Shown one piece after another: positions 6,586 to 14,458 of a stretch of DNA of 39,436 nt. Source of the stretch: a virus; IMG/VR virus record IMGVR_UViG_3300045988_020061, one strand, 5' to 3'. The notes beneath the pieces are model-generated. The model was given only the letters and a program-made list of their open reading frames with translations, made no database searches and had not been told where the DNA came from. Numbering within the stretch: position 1 is the first letter of the stretch; the number at the start of each line of letters is the position of its first letter. The position numbers and the translations under genes were made by a program.

Positions 6586-7659
6586 TCAATACCTCACCCC
6601 TATGTAGTCCAGCACCCGCGCATAGCCAAGGCCGTCTTTCGTGGGCTTCCACAGCCCGTCCGTGTCAAATGCCCCGCCGCCGATGCAGAACGCATAGTGC
6701 TTCGGGTGCGTCAGTTTCATGCGTTCAAAACGATTCTCGTTCTTTTCGAGGTGCGCACCGAACGCGCAGAACATACATCCGGTTCTCTGACAGCCCGTAC
6801 AGTGCAGTTTGCAGTCGATCAGCGTTGCGCCGTAGTCGTTCTCGCCGTCGCTGGCCACAATGTCACCGTAGACGCTTGCGTAGGGTAGCCCACGAGCCAC
6901 GATAAACCGCAGTACATCCTGCTCCGTCCAAAAGCTCATGGGCTTTCCCATCGGTCGCTTGCCCTCAAAGGCGTTGCAGCCGCTTTTCATCCAATATGTC
7001 ATGCGAAGTCTGCTTTCCTCAGCCATCGTCGCTGTTGTAGCCTGCTGCCCGGTTTTGTGTGCGTAGGTTTTCAGCGGTGACTTTTTCATAATGGCGCAGC
7101 ACTTCGCGGATATATGGAACGGTGCGTACAGCAGAAATTCCCACTTTTCGCAGTTGTAGGCAGACGGTTGTCCATCATTCCTCACAGCCTCCCCGCGCAG
7201 CCGCTTCATTCGTAGGGAGTTTGGGTTGCGCCTTGCGGCAGTAATACAGTCGGCCACCTCTTTGCTCACAATGCTGTACCCGTACTTCGTCACAACCTGC
7301 CGGATGTTCATCTTCGGACGCAGGCGTACAAGGTTGACAGTCACGCGGGGAAACTCCCCCCGCAGCCACGCGGCGTACTCGTTCACGAACTTCTGTATCT
7401 CCGGATATTCCAGCCCCGTATTCACAAACACCAGGTTCAGCTCCCACGGCGGCGTCCTGAAACTCGCCAAATACCGCGCCGCCAAGTACGCCAGCACTGT
7501 GCTGTCCTTGCCACCGGAAAAGCTGACATAGCACCTCCCGCCCCATGCGGTGTACCACTCGTCCAGTTTTTCGTAAGTCAATATCTCCTTGTCCTGCGCG
7601 TCCAGCGCCATGAGCTTTTTTGCCGCATCCCGCGTCAGAGGCGTATTTATCGGCACCAT
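6586..7659 (-). CDS. PAPS reductase / DndC-like ATP-pyrophosphatase family protein
   Basis: SFSGGKDS P-loop motif and a C-terminal Cys cluster CTGCQRTGCMFCAFG. ATG at 7659 overlaps the upstream TGA. Confidence 0.8.
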   Translation of the reverse strand: MVPINTPLTRDAAKKLMALDAQDKEILTYEKLDEWYTAWGGRCYVSFSGGKDSTVLAYLAARYLASFRTPPWELNLVFVNTGLEYPEIQKFVNEYAAWLRGEFPRVTVNLVRLRPKMNIRQVVTKYGYSIVSKEVADCITAARRNPNSLRMKRLRGEAVRNDGQPSAYNCEKWEFLLYAPFHISAKCCAIMKKSPLKTYAHKTGQQATTATMAEESRLRMTYWMKSGCNAFEGKRPMGKPMSFWTEQDVLRFIVARGLPYASVYGDIVASDGENDYGATLIDCKLHCTGCQRTGCMFCAFGAHLEKNENRFERMKLTHPKHYAFCIGGGAFDTDGLWKPTKDGLGYARVLDYIGVRY

Positions 7660-7847
7660 CACTCGCCCTCCTCCAATCTCACCACCTCATAGCAGCCGTA
7701 TCTGCCGCCGTTGCGGAACGCCTTCCGAATCGCAAAACGAACATTCTGATACTTCCGCCCGGACAGCCGCGCCAACTCCGCCGTGGTCGTACCCCACCAA
7801 CGGGGCAGGCGGTACTTGTCCCGCGTCACGATCATGTACACGGTCAT
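7659..7847 (-). CDS. Hypothetical small protein
   Basis: ATG (MTVYMIVTRDKYRLP) lies 5 nt after GGGAGGTG. Confidence 0.5.
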   Translation of the reverse strand: MTVYMIVTRDKYRLPRWWGTTTAELARLSGRKYQNVRFAIRKAFRNGGRYGCYEVVRLEEGE

Positions 7848-7849
7848 CC

Positions 7850-8284
7850 TCACACCTCCCGGATGGCGAATCCGTACCGGCTGCGAAACAGCTTCGCTTT
7901 CATGGCATACTCGCGTGTCCGCATCCCTTTCACGTCCTCCACCACCGGGAGCCAGTACCGCTGGCCGTAGCTGTCAGAAGCCGTTCTGCGCTCGTACACG
8001 AAGTCCGCAACGTAGTCGATACTTTTCACGCGGTCGCCCTCAAACGTCGTGTACGCCTCTTGCAAGCAGTACCGCACCTGCAATTTTAGCCCCCGTATCT
8101 CCCCGGCCTTTTGCAGTAGCATCAGCGCGTCGTATCGCTCCGCCTCCTTCTTGCTGTCAAAGGTCAGCTTGCCGCGCCTCGTCTTCTGTGCCTTGTACTT
8201 TCCCGGCTTCTGCATCTTCTCCATGACCTCCATGACCTGCTTCTGCGCCGCAGGCGCCAGCCGCATCAGATCATCGATGTTCAT
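7850..8284 (-). CDS. DUF1064 domain protein (nuclease-fold phage protein)
   Basis: FDSKKEAERYDALMLLQKAGEIRGLKLQ...YVADFVY...VEDVKG follows the DUF1064 pattern. Confidence 0.7.
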   Translation of the reverse strand: MNIDDLMRLAPAAQKQVMEVMEKMQKPGKYKAQKTRRGKLTFDSKKEAERYDALMLLQKAGEIRGLKLQVRYCLQEAYTTFEGDRVKSIDYVADFVYERRTASDSYGQRYWLPVVEDVKGMRTREYAMKAKLFRSRYGFAIREV

Positions 8285-8486
8285 CCAGCAACCCTCTTTC
8301 CTCCAGTCCGCGTTTGCTCATGGTGTAGCGCTTGATCGTCGTCAGTTTCTGCTCTTTCCCGCAGCGCTGGCACACGCCCTGCGCCCAACCGTAAAACGCT
8401 GGCTCGATGATGTAGTCCGCCGCCATCTCCTGCAAGCAATCCACGCACAGCCTGCCGGACGCGATCTTCCATACGCCGTCGTTCAT
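8271..8486 (-). CDS. Hypothetical zinc-ribbon-like protein
   Basis: CVDC...CQRC pairs. The ATGA overlaps the stop of the DnaC-like gene. Confidence 0.45.
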   Translation of the reverse strand: MNDGVWKIASGRLCVDCLQEMAADYIIEPAFYGWAQGVCQRCGKEQKLTTIKRYTMSKRGLEERGLLDEHR

Positions 8487-9178
8487 CTCAGCCTCCAATT
8501 CTGCTTTTTCCCGATGTTCAGCATATAATTCCGCGCCCGCTGGTTGATTCTGCTACCAATCGCCTCGTCCCAGCTCAAAATGCGGTCAATGGTCAGCTCC
8601 GTGGAGATGATCGTGATTGCATCTGGGGCAATGTACCGGGCATTCAGCAGGTCAAAGGCAATGTTTTTGTCGGCATCCGTTACGCTGCCCTTCAAAAAAT
8701 CGTCGATATACAGTGCACGGACGGTTTTCAGCGGGTGCATAGCTTCGGCGTATGCTTCCGCATCGTTCGCCTTTGCCTTGATTGCTGGAATATCTCCCCT
8801 CCATTGCACGTACCGCACAGGGATTCCGCCGTCCATCAGTTTGGCGCAAATCGCCGTACACAGGTGGGTTTTCCCAGTGCCGGGAGAGCCGCCGATGAAA
8901 AACCAATTGCCTTTCCAGTCTGTCAAATACTTCTCCGCCGCCTGCTTTGCGGCCTGTTGCCAATATTCCCGCGTTTGGAATGCATCGAATGTGCAGCTGT
9001 CCAGCAGCCCGGCCAGCCCGGAACGCTCCATGCGCAGCCTGTTTTGTCGGACGATCTCGCATTTGCAGGTTCTGCTCACCAGTTCGCCGCTTTCAGTGCG
9101 GCGGACGGTGTAGCCCAGCCCGCCGCAGATGTCACAGCCATGTTCCGACATGGTATTCTTGCTTTGTTGTCTGTTCAC
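8483..9178 (-). CDS. DnaC/IstB-like AAA+ helicase loader
   Basis: Walker A GSPGTGKTHL, Walker B LYIDDF, and an N-terminal Cys4. GTG start lies 6 nt after AAGGAGG. Confidence 0.85.
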   Translation of the reverse strand: MNRQQSKNTMSEHGCDICGGLGYTVRRTESGELVSRTCKCEIVRQNRLRMERSGLAGLLDSCTFDAFQTREYWQQAAKQAAEKYLTDWKGNWFFIGGSPGTGKTHLCTAICAKLMDGGIPVRYVQWRGDIPAIKAKANDAEAYAEAMHPLKTVRALYIDDFLKGSVTDADKNIAFDLLNARYIAPDAITIISTELTIDRILSWDEAIGSRINQRARNYMLNIGKKQNWRLR

Positions 9179-9791
9179 CGTGTTCCTCCTTCCACCTCGT
9201 CTCCCAATTCCGCACGGCGGCTTTCCAGTCCTTCATGCGGTTCTTGCCTACCATCCAGCCCTTTTGCTCGTAAAAGGCGACAAAGCGATCTGCGTTGACG
9301 TGATAGCCCTGCGCCTGAACATAAGCGGATACATCATCAGCGGATGGTGGTGTGAAGCGCTTCGCGCACGTATCACTCACACCGTTAGGTGGGAGTGTAT
9401 TATCTTTGGTTTTATCTTTGGTTTTGTCTTTGGTTTTGTCTTTGGTTTTGTCTTTGGTTTTGTCTTTGGTTTGGCACGTTTCGCATGCGGTCGCATCCGT
9501 TCGCATACCATCGCATGCGGTCGCATCCGTTCGCATACCATCATGACGTGCATATCGCTTTTCTGCGTTGCGCTGGTTCTTCGCGCATCTCTCGTCATAC
9601 GCCGCTTTCGCCCTATTTATATCGTCCGCAATGAAATCGAATGCGATCGACTCCCGTCCCGTAAGTTCCTCCGTCTCTCCGGTCTCGCCATATTCCAGCA
9701 AAGCCCGTACAAGCCGACCTACCTCTTGATCTGAGAGTTTCTCTAGTTTCTTGCGATAACTGAAATAAAAGGGAATGTACTCAAGAGCCAC
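9132..9791 (-). CDS. Replication organiser / initiator-like protein (DUF6291-like N-terminus, DnaD-like C-terminus) containing internal repeats
   Basis: N-terminus ALEYIPFYFSYRKKLEKLSDQEVGRLVRALLEY. C-terminus FTPPSADDVSAYVQ...KDWKAAVRNWE. The central region encodes (KDKT)x6 and (DGMRTDATAC)x2. Confidence 0.65.
   Translation of the reverse strand: MALEYIPFYFSYRKKLEKLSDQEVGRLVRALLEYGETGETEELTGRESIAFDFIADDINRAKAAYDERCAKNQRNAEKRYARHDGMRTDATACDGMRTDATACETCQTKDKTKDKTKDKTKDKTKDKTKDNTLPPNGVSDTCAKRFTPPSADDVSAYVQAQGYHVNADRFVAFYEQKGWMVGKNRMKDWKAAVRNWETRWKEEHGEQTTKQEYHVGTWL
9402..9473. repeat. Six tandem 12-nt repeats (A/G)TCTTTGGTTTT
   Basis: Counted directly in the sequence. They lie inside the replication organiser gene. 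Confidence 0.95.
9481..9540. repeat. Two perfect tandem 30-nt repeats, each made of three 10-nt TCGCATnnnn units
   Basis: tcgcatgcggtcgcatccgttcgcatacca occurs twice. TCGCAT therefore recurs six times with a 10-nt period. Confidence 0.95.
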
Positions 9792-9824
9792 TATGCACCG
9801 CCTCTCACTCCTTCGGCGATACGC

Positions 9825-10040
9825 CTATTCCCCATTCTTTTCTTCCTTTCGCTCGTACTCGTCCGTCAGGTGCCGCGCAATGGTACAATGCTCCCATGCC
9901 CCGGCACAGAATTGATTCATGAAGCGGGATGCCGCGCCGCCAGTCTCAAAGCTGACGCGGCTACCGCCCTCGCAACAGACCCGCCGTTTTTCGCTGCTGG
10001 TAAAATATGGGCAGGTGTACCGCTTGTGCCAGTAATCCAT
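9825..10040 (-). CDS. Hypothetical Cys-rich protein
   Basis: 71-aa ORF lying between the SSB and replication genes. Confidence 0.5.
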   Translation of the reverse strand: MDYWHKRYTCPYFTSSEKRRVCCEGGSRVSFETGGAASRFMNQFCAGAWEHCTIARHLTDEYERKEEKNGE

Positions 10041-10056
10041 GCCGATCTACCTCCGA

Positions 10057-10467
10057 TCAGAACGGCAGATCGTCGTCCGCGTCGAAATCCTCGTCCACCT
10101 CTACGAACTGTCCGTCCGCGTATCTCTTGGCGCCGCTGTCCGCGTCCTTCTTGGCGTCGCCAAAGTAGATGTTGTCCGCCAGCACCTCGGCGTTCCGGCG
10201 CTTGTTGCCGTCCTTGTCCGTCCAGTCCCGCAGCTGCAAGCGCCCCTCCACAACGGCCATGCGTCCCTTGGAGAAATACTTGGCCACAAACTCGGCGGTG
10301 GTGCGCCATGCCACCACGTCGATGAAATCCGTTTCCTTCTCGCCGCTCTGGGACTTGAAGTCCCGATCCACAGCTAGGGTGAAACTGGTGACGGCGATAC
10401 CACTCTGGGTGCGGCGCAGCTCAGGATCCAAGGTCAGGCGTCCCATAATGAAAATCTTGTTCAGCAT
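10057..10467 (-). CDS. ssb: Single-stranded DNA-binding protein
   Basis: OB-fold N-terminus MLNKIFIMGRLTLDPELR and an acidic tail ending DDDLPF. Confidence 0.95.
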   Translation of the reverse strand: MLNKIFIMGRLTLDPELRRTQSGIAVTSFTLAVDRDFKSQSGEKETDFIDVVAWRTTAEFVAKYFSKGRMAVVEGRLQLRDWTDKDGNKRRNAEVLADNIYFGDAKKDADSGAKRYADGQFVEVDEDFDADDDLPF

Positions 10468-10480
10468 CTCTTATCTCCTC

Positions 10481-10759
10481 TCATAAATAGCTTTTCCCGA
10501 ACTCACGGCGAAAGTCCGCCTCCGTCCAGCCCTGCTCCTCCATTGCCTTGAGCTGCCCGTACCGACGCAGACGCCGCATCTGGTCTCCGTTCTTATGTAC
10601 CGCGCCGAGCCCATTCCGGTGGCAGCGGCTGCCGCACAGGTACACCACAAGGCCGTACTTCTCGCTTTTCTTCCGATTCGCGCCGCCGAAAATGTGGTGC
10701 CGCTCCAGCGGGTCGCCGGGGTCATTCCGGCCGCACAAAAAGCACCTTTTGCCGTTCAT
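10481..10759 (-). CDS. Small HNH-motif / zinc-finger protein
   Basis: CFLCG...LERHHIFGG...LCGSRCH. The ATGA overlaps the upstream stop. The 212-aa track ORF was trimmed to this start. Confidence 0.5.
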   Translation of the reverse strand: MNGKRCFLCGRNDPGDPLERHHIFGGANRKKSEKYGLVVYLCGSRCHRNGLGAVHKNGDQMRRLRRYGQLKAMEEQGWTEADFRREFGKSYL

Positions 10760-11295
10760 ACACTCACCTCTCCCCACCGGCTCACCAAGGCATCCAGCTG
10801 TCGCGGCGTCATGGTCTCGATGCCGACATCCCGGCAGTCCTGCACAATGGCGTCTATCAGCCGCGCCATCTGCTCCGTGTCGTATGCGGAGCTGCCATAC
10901 CAGACGGTCACGTTTACGCAGCCCTTGATCTTGCTGGGGCCGGTATCGGCCATCCATCCGATACCGTTCCGCTCCCAGCTCCGGCAGAACGCCTCCGCCG
11001 CCTTTTCCCGCAAGCACAGCACCTCGCTGACACCGCCGATGCCCTGTATCTCCTGCCTGTATACCTTCTCCCGCGACACGCCGTAGTGCGCCGCCAGTTT
11101 GTCCAGCAGAACCCAGCAATAGGCGTTGGCATCGAGGCTCCGCCCCTTGCCTTTGATGGTGGCGGTGTACTCCTTCCCCGGCTTTATGGTGTCACACAAC
11201 TCCATTGCCGCCTCTGGAGACTTCACACGCAGACAGAGCCACGCTCCCTCGCTGTCCTGCGACCACCGCGCCGCATCAACCGTTATCTGCTGCAT
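10756..11295 (-). CDS. NinB/Orf-like recombination mediator
   Basis: KGRSLDANAYCWVLL...GSSAYDTEQMARLIDAIVQDCRDVGIE parallels lambda NinB (RSLDQN...GQSTSRM...ELIQAFG). Confidence 0.5.
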   Translation of the reverse strand: MQQITVDAARWSQDSEGAWLCLRVKSPEAAMELCDTIKPGKEYTATIKGKGRSLDANAYCWVLLDKLAAHYGVSREKVYRQEIQGIGGVSEVLCLREKAAEAFCRSWERNGIGWMADTGPSKIKGCVNVTVWYGSSAYDTEQMARLIDAIVQDCRDVGIETMTPRQLDALVSRWGEVSV

Positions 11296-11896
11296 GGTTG
11301 TTTTTTGTTCTCATGCAGCCCCAGCACAGCCGCATCCCGTACTTCTTCACGGCATTCTCCGCGATCTCGCTGGTGGAATACACGCGGCCTCCGCGCTTCA
11401 CCGACTTAATGGGCAGTCCGCAATACTCGCACAGCACCTGGGCTTCCGCCTTGTTATCCGGCTTCTTTTCGCGCTTATTCGGCGCGTCCTCCTGTCGCTT
11501 GGCTTCGTCCGTGTCTGCGTCTTTGGTATCATCGATGCAAAACAGACCGTTCAGCGCGTACTTTCTGGCATAGCTGGATGCCATGCCGGTGATCTGGCTG
11601 TCATCCATGCCCTTCTTGTCCTGCGGCTCTCTGGCGTAGGCGTTTGCAGAAACGCTGTCACCGCTCTCTGTGTCTACCAGCGTTGCAGTTGCCACAACGT
11701 AAAATCTTCCGGATACTTCCTGCACCGCATCATTCAGAAGTAGCGTAGCGTTGTTCTTGACGCACAGTGGCTTTACCGCCTCCAAAATGTCCTCGCAGCT
11801 CCGATAGTTGTACTTCGCAAAGCTGTTGTACTGCCCCTTCGGGGCTTTCAGTTCCTGCTGAATCATCATCAGCTTACCGTAGATGCGTGCGCCCAT
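11276..11896 (-). CDS. ERF-family single-strand annealing protein
   Basis: YRSCEDILEAVKPL...KKGMDDSQITGMASSYARKYALNGLFCIDD. Confidence 0.9.
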   Translation of the reverse strand: MGARIYGKLMMIQQELKAPKGQYNSFAKYNYRSCEDILEAVKPLCVKNNATLLLNDAVQEVSGRFYVVATATLVDTESGDSVSANAYAREPQDKKGMDDSQITGMASSYARKYALNGLFCIDDTKDADTDEAKRQEDAPNKREKKPDNKAEAQVLCEYCGLPIKSVKRGGRVYSTSEIAENAVKKYGMRLCWGCMRTKNNHAADNG

Positions 11897-12387
11897 CACT
11901 TCACCCCCATGTTCAGACGCTCGGCGATCTCCGCACCATCCACCGCTACGCCGGCTTTCAACAGCGGGGCAATATCGCTCTTTCCGACTGTCGGCGCGGC
12001 ATACGTCACCTTACCGTCATAGCCGTTGTCGATGCACCACTGCACCACAGCGTCCATGTCGGTGATCTCCACCGCCGTGCTTTTGCGATACGTCACGGCA
12101 CACCGCGCCGTCTGGAACGCCGCGCCGCCCAGCGCCCGTTCTGCATAGGCAAGCAGCTTTTCCCGCTTGCGCTCCATCGCCTTGCGCCGCTCGGCAAGTT
12201 CCTTCTCCTCCTCGCGGATGGCCTTTGCCTCCGCCGCCAGATTCTTTGTCCAGCAGAGTACACCCTCGATCTTGGCATCCCGCGCCATTTGCAGCGCCTC
12301 GAACGCATCAAAATCAAGCACCTCGCCGGTTTCGTGGTCGATCAGGTTCTCCAACTCCTGATCGATGTGGTACAAGCTCATGCTCAT
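11896..12387 (-). CDS. Siphovirus Gp157-like protein
   Basis: Coiled-coil pattern with an N-terminal LYHIDQELENLID, typical of the Gp157 family, in the position next to ERF. Confidence 0.7.
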   Translation of the reverse strand: MSMSLYHIDQELENLIDHETGEVLDFDAFEALQMARDAKIEGVLCWTKNLAAEAKAIREEEKELAERRKAMERKREKLLAYAERALGGAAFQTARCAVTYRKSTAVEITDMDAVVQWCIDNGYDGKVTYAAPTVGKSDIAPLLKAGVAVDGAEIAERLNMGVK

Positions 12388-12411
12388 TATCGTCTTTCCT
12401 CCCTATTAATT

Positions 12412-12510
12412 TTACTTCCCCGGCCTGTCCAGTTTGTCCAGCAGCCGCATAAACAGATAACTCACCGTAGCCGCGCCGATGATGACCAGCGTCAATGTGT
12501 AACCGTCCAT
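12412..12510 (-). CDS. 32-aa small membrane peptide
   Basis: MDGYTLTLVIIGAATVSYLFMRLLDKLDRPGK, with a GGGAGGAG RBS. Confidence 0.45.
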   Translation of the reverse strand: MDGYTLTLVIIGAATVSYLFMRLLDKLDRPGK

Positions 12511-12512
12511 GT

Positions 12513-12710
12513 TTACTCCTCCCGCTCCGCAATCCACGCATCCAGCTTCTTTTTGAAAATCTGAAATACACGGCTGCGGTCGGTGCGGATGCACACGCCG
12601 AAGGGGTACACGCCCTGCTCCAGGCCGTCGGCCAGAGTGTCAGAACAAAGGCTCAAGCCTTTATCTCTAAGATACTTCGATGCCTGGTGAAGCGTCATGG
12701 TTTCGATCAT
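12513..12710 (-). CDS. Small HTH DNA-binding protein (excisionase/MerR-like)
   Basis: MTLHQASKYLRDKGL...YPFGVCI...FKKKLDAWI resembles excisionase-family HTH proteins. Confidence 0.5.
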   Translation of the reverse strand: MIETMTLHQASKYLRDKGLSLCSDTLADGLEQGVYPFGVCIRTDRSRVFQIFKKKLDAWIAEREE

Positions 12711-12919
12711 TTGCTTGCCTCCTCCTTGTCTGTCCCCATCAGTTCCTCCACCTTCACGCCGTAGTGCTTCGCTACCAGTTTAGCGTGCTTCGGGTGCGGC
12801 TTGATGCCGTTCTTCCAGTTCGTAATGGACGTCTGATGTACGCCGATAGCCTTTGCCAGTCGGTAACTCGTCTCGCCGTGTTCCTCCTGCAACCGTGCGA
12901 GGTTTTCACCAAATCCCAA
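12707..12919 (-). CDS. Cro-like XRE-family HTH regulator
   Basis: TTG start after GGAGGTGAT. HTH segment SYRLAKAIGVHQTSITNWKNG. The gene is divergent from the CI-like gene. Confidence 0.85.
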   Translation of the reverse strand: MGFGENLARLQEEHGETSYRLAKAIGVHQTSITNWKNGIKPHPKHAKLVAKHYGVKVEELMGTDKEEASK

Positions 12920-13130
12920 AATATCACCTCCAAAGTTAGATTATTTTCTTGACAAATTAGAGCATTTGTGATAGTTTGGTTTTGCTACAAACTTTCCTAT
13001 CACGCCAGCCCTATTTATCGGGGTGGTGCAGGTTTTTGTTGCCTGTCCACGGTCTAATTATAGTCTAACTTCAACCAAAAATCAACTATAATTCGACCAT
13101 CAATTTAACCAAAATTCGACCGTTGATTTT
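12920..13130. promoter_or_regulatory. Lysis-lysogeny switch region with divergent promoters and operator-like repeats
   Basis: Plus strand: TTGACA (12949-12954), 17 nt, then TGaTAGTTT. The palindrome ACAAAT-N6-ATTTGT (12952-12969) sits in that spacer. TATAAT is at 13087-13092. AATTCGACC occurs twice (13090, 13113). AAAATCAAC (13077) and GTTGATTTT (13122) form an inverted repeat that abuts the ATG. Confidence 0.6.
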
Positions 13131-13490
13131 ATGGGATTTACCGAAAACTTTAATTATTGCATGGAGCAGCGCAATTATTCTGCGTACAGATTTGCAAAAA
13201 TTCTTGGCGTCAATATTCAAAGCCCTGTTAATTGGAAAACCGGCGCTTCAATCCCCCATTACGGGACACGCCAGAAGATTGCCGAGCACTTCGGCATCAC
13301 TCTCGCGGAGCTGGACGGGGATGAACTGCCCGTCCTGCCGCCGGAGGGCGCAAAAAAAGCCCCCGATCCGGAGATCGAGGGCGTAATGGAAGATGAAGAT
13401 TTGAAAGAAGCTGTCGAGCTTTTGAAAAAAATGGATAAGGAAACCCTGCGGATTTTTATTAAAGCCGCCCGCGGGGCTTTGGAGAATTAA
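13131..13490 (+). CDS. CI-like XRE-family HTH repressor (no peptidase domain)
   Basis: HTH segment SAYRFAKILGVNIQSPVNWKTG. Its N-terminus MGFTEN parallels the Cro-like MGFGEN. Confidence 0.8.
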   Translation: MGFTENFNYCMEQRNYSAYRFAKILGVNIQSPVNWKTGASIPHYGTRQKIAEHFGITLAELDGDELPVLPPEGAKKAPDPEIEGVMEDEDLKEAVELLKKMDKETLRIFIKAARGALEN

Positions 13491-13492
13491 TT

Positions 13493-13870
13493 ATGAGTAT
13501 TTCGTGGGGTGAAATCGGCGTTTCCGCCTTTTCTGTTTTGGCATCCGCCGGAGTGTCTGTCTACATTTCTAAGCGGACAGCAAAAGCAGAAATCGAAAAG
13601 CTTCGGGCAATATGGGCGCACGAGAAAGAGGCCGCTTGCGATTCCGATTTTGATGCGATGGTTGCCGCCGTTTCCTTGTATGCAAAGTATCCGTCTCCCG
13701 CAAACTTTCAGTCCGCTACCAACGCCGTCGGCATTTATCGCGCAAAAGCCACGGGAGAAGCGGCGGAAAAGGTTGACGAACTCAGCCGTTTAATCGTGAG
13801 GGAATGCCCAAATCGCGCAGCAGTATCCGACCAGCTGCAAGCCGTAATTGAGTGCAAGCGTAAAGCGTAG
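13493..13870 (+). CDS. Membrane-anchored protein co-transcribed with the repressor (superinfection-exclusion candidate)
   Basis: N-terminal TM segment GEIGVSAFSVLASAGVSVYI. The start lies 3 nt after the repressor stop. Confidence 0.5.
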   Translation: MSISWGEIGVSAFSVLASAGVSVYISKRTAKAEIEKLRAIWAHEKEAACDSDFDAMVAAVSLYAKYPSPANFQSATNAVGIYRAKATGEAAEKVDELSRLIVRECPNRAAVSDQLQAVIECKRKA

Positions 13871-13872
13871 CT

Positions 13873-14049
13873 TTAAAAGGTCGCCTTGCCCTGCTCTCCC
13901 TCTTTCCAAAACATATCAAGTTCACCGGAAAAAAGATTCCTGGCAATTTTGTAAAGCTCACTGATGGCTGTTTCGCGGTCAACGCCGTCCAGCTCAAGGC
14001 CGATTTCGCGCTCGTAGCCGTTTTCTTTACTGATAGCCCAAATTTTCAT
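13873..14049 (-). CDS. 58-aa hypothetical protein (absent from the ORF track)
   Basis: MKIWAISKENGYEREIGLELDGVDRETAISELYKIARNLFSGELDMFWKEGEQGKATF. GGAGGCGATAAA RBS. The ATGA overlaps the upstream ORF. The region is AT-rich. Confidence 0.45.
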   Translation of the reverse strand: MKIWAISKENGYEREIGLELDGVDRETAISELYKIARNLFSGELDMFWKEGEQGKATF

Positions 14050-14189
14050 TTTATCGCCTCCATAATTTTATCAAACTGATTGCGGGTCATTTTACTCGCC
14101 AAAGAAATCGCCTCAGAAAGTAACGCAATATGCTCTGCATTCTTTATTATATCACATTTATTTCCCGTTTCACAGCTTACAATTTCCAT
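14046..14189 (-). CDS. 47-aa hypothetical protein (absent from the ORF track)
   Basis: MEIVSCETGNKCDIIKNAEHIALLSEAISLASKMTRNQFDKIMEAIK. It is preceded by an 8-codon mini-ORF (MWIGSRKV) that carries the strong AAAGGAG RBS. Confidence 0.35.
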   Translation of the reverse strand: MEIVSCETGNKCDIIKNAEHIALLSEAISLASKMTRNQFDKIMEAIK

Positions 14190-14335
14190 TTTTATACTTT
14201 TCTGCTTCCAATCCACATTATTTCTCCTTTCGGTTTATCTACCTATAGTCAAAATATGGCATTTGTTGCATAGTTTAGGGCAACAAGGCGAAAAATTTTA
14301 GGGGAAGTGTTTTCTGTGATGATCTTATGTGATTT

Positions 14336-14373
14336 ATCCCCACCGCCCCCGCACCGGACGGTGGGGATTTTTT
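14336..14373 (+). terminator. Rho-independent terminator
   Basis: 10-bp stem ATCCCCACCG/CGGTGGGGAT followed by T6. Confidence 0.7.
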
Positions 14374-14429
14374 GCCGCCTATCGCCGTCACTGGCTCTTG
14401 GCCGCATAACCACGGTATCAGTTTGTTGT

Positions 14430-14458
14430 TTGGCAAGTCAATACAAAAACAGGATAAT
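14430..14458 (+). promoter_or_regulatory. Sigma-70-type promoter for the HTH-membrane protein / integrase operon
   Basis: TTGGCA, 17 nt, then GATAAT. Confidence 0.55.

Noticed and set aside
9402-9540. The tandem repeats could be a CRISPR-like array.
   Set aside because: The repeats are contiguous with no spacers, are only 12 and 30 nt long, and are in frame inside a coding gene.
10481-11119. A 212-aa ORF taken as a single gene.
   Set aside because: The N-terminal 120 residues overlap the NinB-like gene in another frame and are Gly/Arg-rich noise. An ATGA-coupled internal start at 10759 gives a compact HNH-motif protein.
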